From: Calditrichia bacterium | Lineage (GTDB): Bacteria > Calditrichota > Calditrichia > JAJRVZ01 | DNA length: 64,000 nucleotides | Reading direction: 5' to 3' | Assembly: GCA_963796965.1 (NCBI GenBank) | Contig: CAWCNS010000005.1 | Span: 1,152,001-1,216,000, forward strand | In this document: one piece after another, positions 61,048-64,000 of the stretch | How the letters are laid out: each line of letters begins with the position of its first letter | Numbering within the stretch: position 1 is the stretch's first letter | Notes under the pieces: model-generated | The model's input: only the letters and a program-made list of their open reading frames with translations | What the model was told of the DNA's origin: nothing | Databases searched by the model: none | Made by a program: the position numbers and the translations under genes

Positions 61048-61977
61048 TTATTCTGAGCGCCTCTCATAATTTTCAACAGCCTCATCCAGCATGGCTTTGC
61101 TCATCCCTGGCATAGCTGTATTTGAATAGAGATAAAATGAGTATTGCCCGGCAAAGAAGCTTAACCGAACCCATAGTTTAAATATTATATAAATTTGGGT
61201 CCAAATAAAAAATATAAGAACCATAAAACCACTGGATACATTAAAAGCACTCTCAATCACCCAATAGGTTGCCAAAATTAATATGGCTGTAAATAAATAT
61301 AATGTATATAAACTTACTGTTTTTATGAGGCTCATCATGATAAACATCATCGCCACCTTCACCGTCTCCATCATTTTATGGTAATCATTTGCCACCGTCA
61401 TGATCTTCGCATAATCAAATAACATACTAATAAAGGCAAGCATTACCATGAGTATTAGAATCCTTACTATAAATAATATTAGACTTAGATGCTCGGTAGC
61501 AGCGCCTTCAGTAAAATACCCGAATAATTTCGAAAGTGACATAAATATCAGGGCTGCGGTGATTAGAAATACAATAGAGATTAGAAATAATTTTATAAAT
61601 CTTTTAAAGTACAAGACACAATCTGACAAAAATTCAGATAATTTAAATTCTTGATTTTTTATAAATGCCGCTAAAATACCACCTGATAAAAATACATTTA
61701 GAATCAAATAGAACAGACCCATCGTGATCAAAACACGACTTAAACTAAATCCCTTTCCAAATCCGTCCATTATAGAGGTATAGAGAGCATAATCGAAAGA
61801 TTCCAACATTTTATCTGCTGCTGTGGTTTTAGCAAGTGCATTAGATAACATCATCGAAACAGGCAGAGCAAGAATATAGGAAAAAATAAAATTAATCCCA
61901 TAGACCAGGAACAGCATTTTCTTATCTTTCCAAACCAGGGCTATACCATTTTTATATGCTGTAAAAATGCTTATCAT
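61048..61977 (-). CDS. Hypothetical polytopic membrane protein
   Basis: Multiple TM helices, FDYAKI; GGAGG RBS. Confidence 0.7.
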   Translation of the reverse strand: MISIFTAYKNGIALVWKDKKMLFLVYGINFIFSYILALPVSMMLSNALAKTTAADKMLESFDYALYTSIMDGFGKGFSLSRVLITMGLFYLILNVFLSGGILAAFIKNQEFKLSEFLSDCVLYFKRFIKLFLISIVFLITAALIFMSLSKLFGYFTEGAATEHLSLILFIVRILILMVMLAFISMLFDYAKIMTVANDYHKMMETVKVAMMFIMMSLIKTVSLYTLYLFTAILILATYWVIESAFNVSSGFMVLIFFIWTQIYIIFKLWVRLSFFAGQYSFYLYSNTAMPGMSKAMLDEAVENYERRSE

Positions 61978-62162
61978 TTTGCCTCCACTCAGTATTCTAT
62001 TATCTAAGATCAACAAAAGAAATCTGTATTATAATATATATTATTCCTTTATCTTTTTAAATCCAATACAATCATCCTTATATGTAAATTGGAAATAGAT
62101 CTAATTATCGAAGTGCTAGAAACTACTCTGCGTCTCTGCGAGAGATAATTATTTTCATAAAA

Positions 62163-64000
62163 TCAACTAAATATTGCAACAAATTGCAGAAAGTTCTGCA
62201 TCCAAAATAACCAGCGTGTAGAATATTTAAGTGAAGCAGACCGATTAGAGCGGATAGTTTTACCGTTGTTTAAAAAATTAACATCCAGCCAAACTTTTCT
62301 CTCCGGGTCCACTTCAGCGGATACTACCGGGCTATTTTTATTATACTTGTAGACAATATATCTTTCATTCCCATTCCACTTCTCGAGGATCTCTTCACCA
62401 TTCTTAAACTTTATTAAAATTTCTACCGGAAAAACGACCTCACCTTCTCTTGCGACGATAATCTTATTTTCATATACGTCTGTTTCGTCATCTGATTGCT
62501 TTTCAATTGTAGAATCAGAGGGTGAAGGGTCTCCCCTCTCATCAGTATTTGAACTTTCAAGAGGATTTCCAAAAATACCTTTATTGCCATCATTTAATTT
62601 CTTATAAGATATTTTATCAATTTTATAATCAAGTACATTGGTACCATACAAAACCTGATCAAAATACCAATTATAATTTTCACCGGTTATATCATTGACT
62701 GTTTTTATAAAATCGCGAGATGTGGGATGTTTAAATTTAAAGCGATTATAATATTCGCGCATCACGCTTTTCATCTTTTCCGTACCAATATATCCCTGCA
62801 AAGTCATCAGCATTAATGCAGGTTTATCATAGGAAAAAGAACCATACCCCCCTCGATAATACTCCCATGAATTCTTATAAATGGCATCATGTTTCGCCAC
62901 CCGGCGATAGCCAGACCACTGAAAATGTGAATCGTCAATATTAAGCCCCAGAAAACTAATGGCAGAACCTCCGTTTTGACCATAATATTGATCCATGATT
63001 TTAATTTCCGAATAGGTGGTTATGCCCTCATCAAGCCAGGCCTCTTCAAATTCATTACTACCTAGAATTCCGTACCAGTAATTATGGCCAAACTCATGAA
63101 TAGTAACCAATTCCGGAAGGCGGATACCATCAGGCAACATCCAAAATGAACCGCTGGTAATTAATGTTGGATATTCCATCCCCCCTGCCCCAAACGCCCT
63201 GTAGCGTGGATCAACGATCGTTAATGTAGGATAGGGATATGGTCCATACCAGTCATCAAAAAATTCGAGGGCAATCTTGGCCGCACCAATATGCCTTTCA
63301 ACCTGCGTATGACGACCCGAATGAGCGAGAAATTTAATATTCACATGCCGCCACTGATCCTCAATGACAATATAATTTGGATCAGCAGTCCAGGCAAAAT
63401 CATGGACATCTTCACAATAATAGGTGAGACTTTTTGTATTATCCGGATTCCTCTTCTCGTCAAGTAATGTGCCCGTCGCCCCGACGACATAATTATCAGG
63501 CAAGGTGATACTCACTTCATAAACACCGTAATCTGCAAAAAATTCACTATTCAGGTGAAATTGGTGGCAATTCCACTGGCCTTCCACAGCATAACGGTCA
63601 CCCGTGCCCTCATAAACACCAATCTTTGGAAACCATTGTCCAACCATAAAAAAATCACCTTTATATCCGGTTCGTGCAAATACTTCCGGTAAACGGGCGG
63701 TAAACTCAATATTTAGACATATCTCCTCGCCCGGTTTTACCGGATCATCCAGAAGAATCCGCAAGACGGTTTGGTCATCGGGATTTCCATCATCTGGTTG
63801 GATATATTCCATATTGCCTGTTAAATCAACCTCATCATTTAGAATCATCTCGGTAACTTCAATCCACCCCCAACCATCCACTTCATCCAAAGACTGACCG
63901 CGATGGCTACCCCCAGATTCCTTCATAAAAGTAGATAATTCATTTTTAAACGCATTGAGGTAGAGATGAAATTGAAGATCCTGAATATAATCTTTGGAGG
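62163..64000 (-). CDS. M1 family aminopeptidase (5' end beyond the window)
   Basis: GQWFPK, GGMEYP, HEFGH..EEAWLDEG. Confidence 0.92.
   Translation of the reverse strand, partial: SKDYIQDLQFHLYLNAFKNELSTFMKESGGSHRGQSLDEVDGWGWIEVTEMILNDEVDLTGNMEYIQPDDGNPDDQTVLRILLDDPVKPGEEICLNIEFTARLPEVFARTGYKGDFFMVGQWFPKIGVYEGTGDRYAVEGQWNCHQFHLNSEFFADYGVYEVSITLPDNYVVGATGTLLDEKRNPDNTKSLTYYCEDVHDFAWTADPNYIVIEDQWRHVNIKFLAHSGRHTQVERHIGAAKIALEFFDDWYGPYPYPTLTIVDPRYRAFGAGGMEYPTLITSGSFWMLPDGIRLPELVTIHEFGHNYWYGILGSNEFEEAWLDEGITTYSEIKIMDQYYGQNGGSAISFLGLNIDDSHFQWSGYRRVAKHDAIYKNSWEYYRGGYGSFSYDKPALMLMTLQGYIGTEKMKSVMREYYNRFKFKHPTSRDFIKTVNDITGENYNWYFDQVLYGTNVLDYKIDKISYKKLNDGNKGIFGNPLESSNTDERGDPSPSDSTIEKQSDDETDVYENKIIVAREGEVVFPVEILIKFKNGEEILEKWNGNERYIVYKYNKNSPVVSAEVDPERKVWLDVNFLNNGKTIRSNRSASLKYSTRWLFWMQNFLQFVAIFS

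Overview
AT-rich bacterial chromosomal segment. The gene content (futalosine-pathway MqnA, ClpC, YfhO, HdrA/MvhD, outer-membrane beta-barrels) suggests a Gram-negative anaerobe, plausibly Calditrichota/KSB1-like; that placement is inference only. Left part: an anaerobic energy block with mvhD, a ~1000-aa tandem HdrA read through an in-frame UGA with a SECIS-like hairpin (selenoprotein), and two divergent 2-oxoacid:ferredoxin oxidoreductase delta-alpha-beta-gamma operons flanking a GNAT and a pseudo-receiver gene. It continues with a divergent twin-nucleotidyltransferase (GlnE/GlnD-like), pgi, an M48 protease and a Tat-less molybdopterin oxidoreductase with a fused DmsB-DmsC partner. Middle: EamA, a beta-barrel, clpC, a 1588-aa acyl-CoA ligase / kinase-like / GNAT fusion, and mqnA. 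Right part (35.9-61 kb): a large surface-glycan locus, followed by a membrane protein and an M1 aminopeptidase. The locus contains glycosyltransferases, YfhO, a D-glucuronyl C5-epimerase, an AsnB-like amidoligase, a wHTH-NTase regulator with an operator, heparinase II/III, an aldolase/cytidylyltransferase/dehydrogenase triad, a flippase and DUF115. Intergenic spaces hold several families of short tandem and inverted repeats, some nested, and one pair brackets a four-helix-bundle gene inserted between hdrA and mvhD. Many genes carry single-base frameshifts that look like long-read indel errors. No rRNA, tRNA or CRISPR array was recognised.
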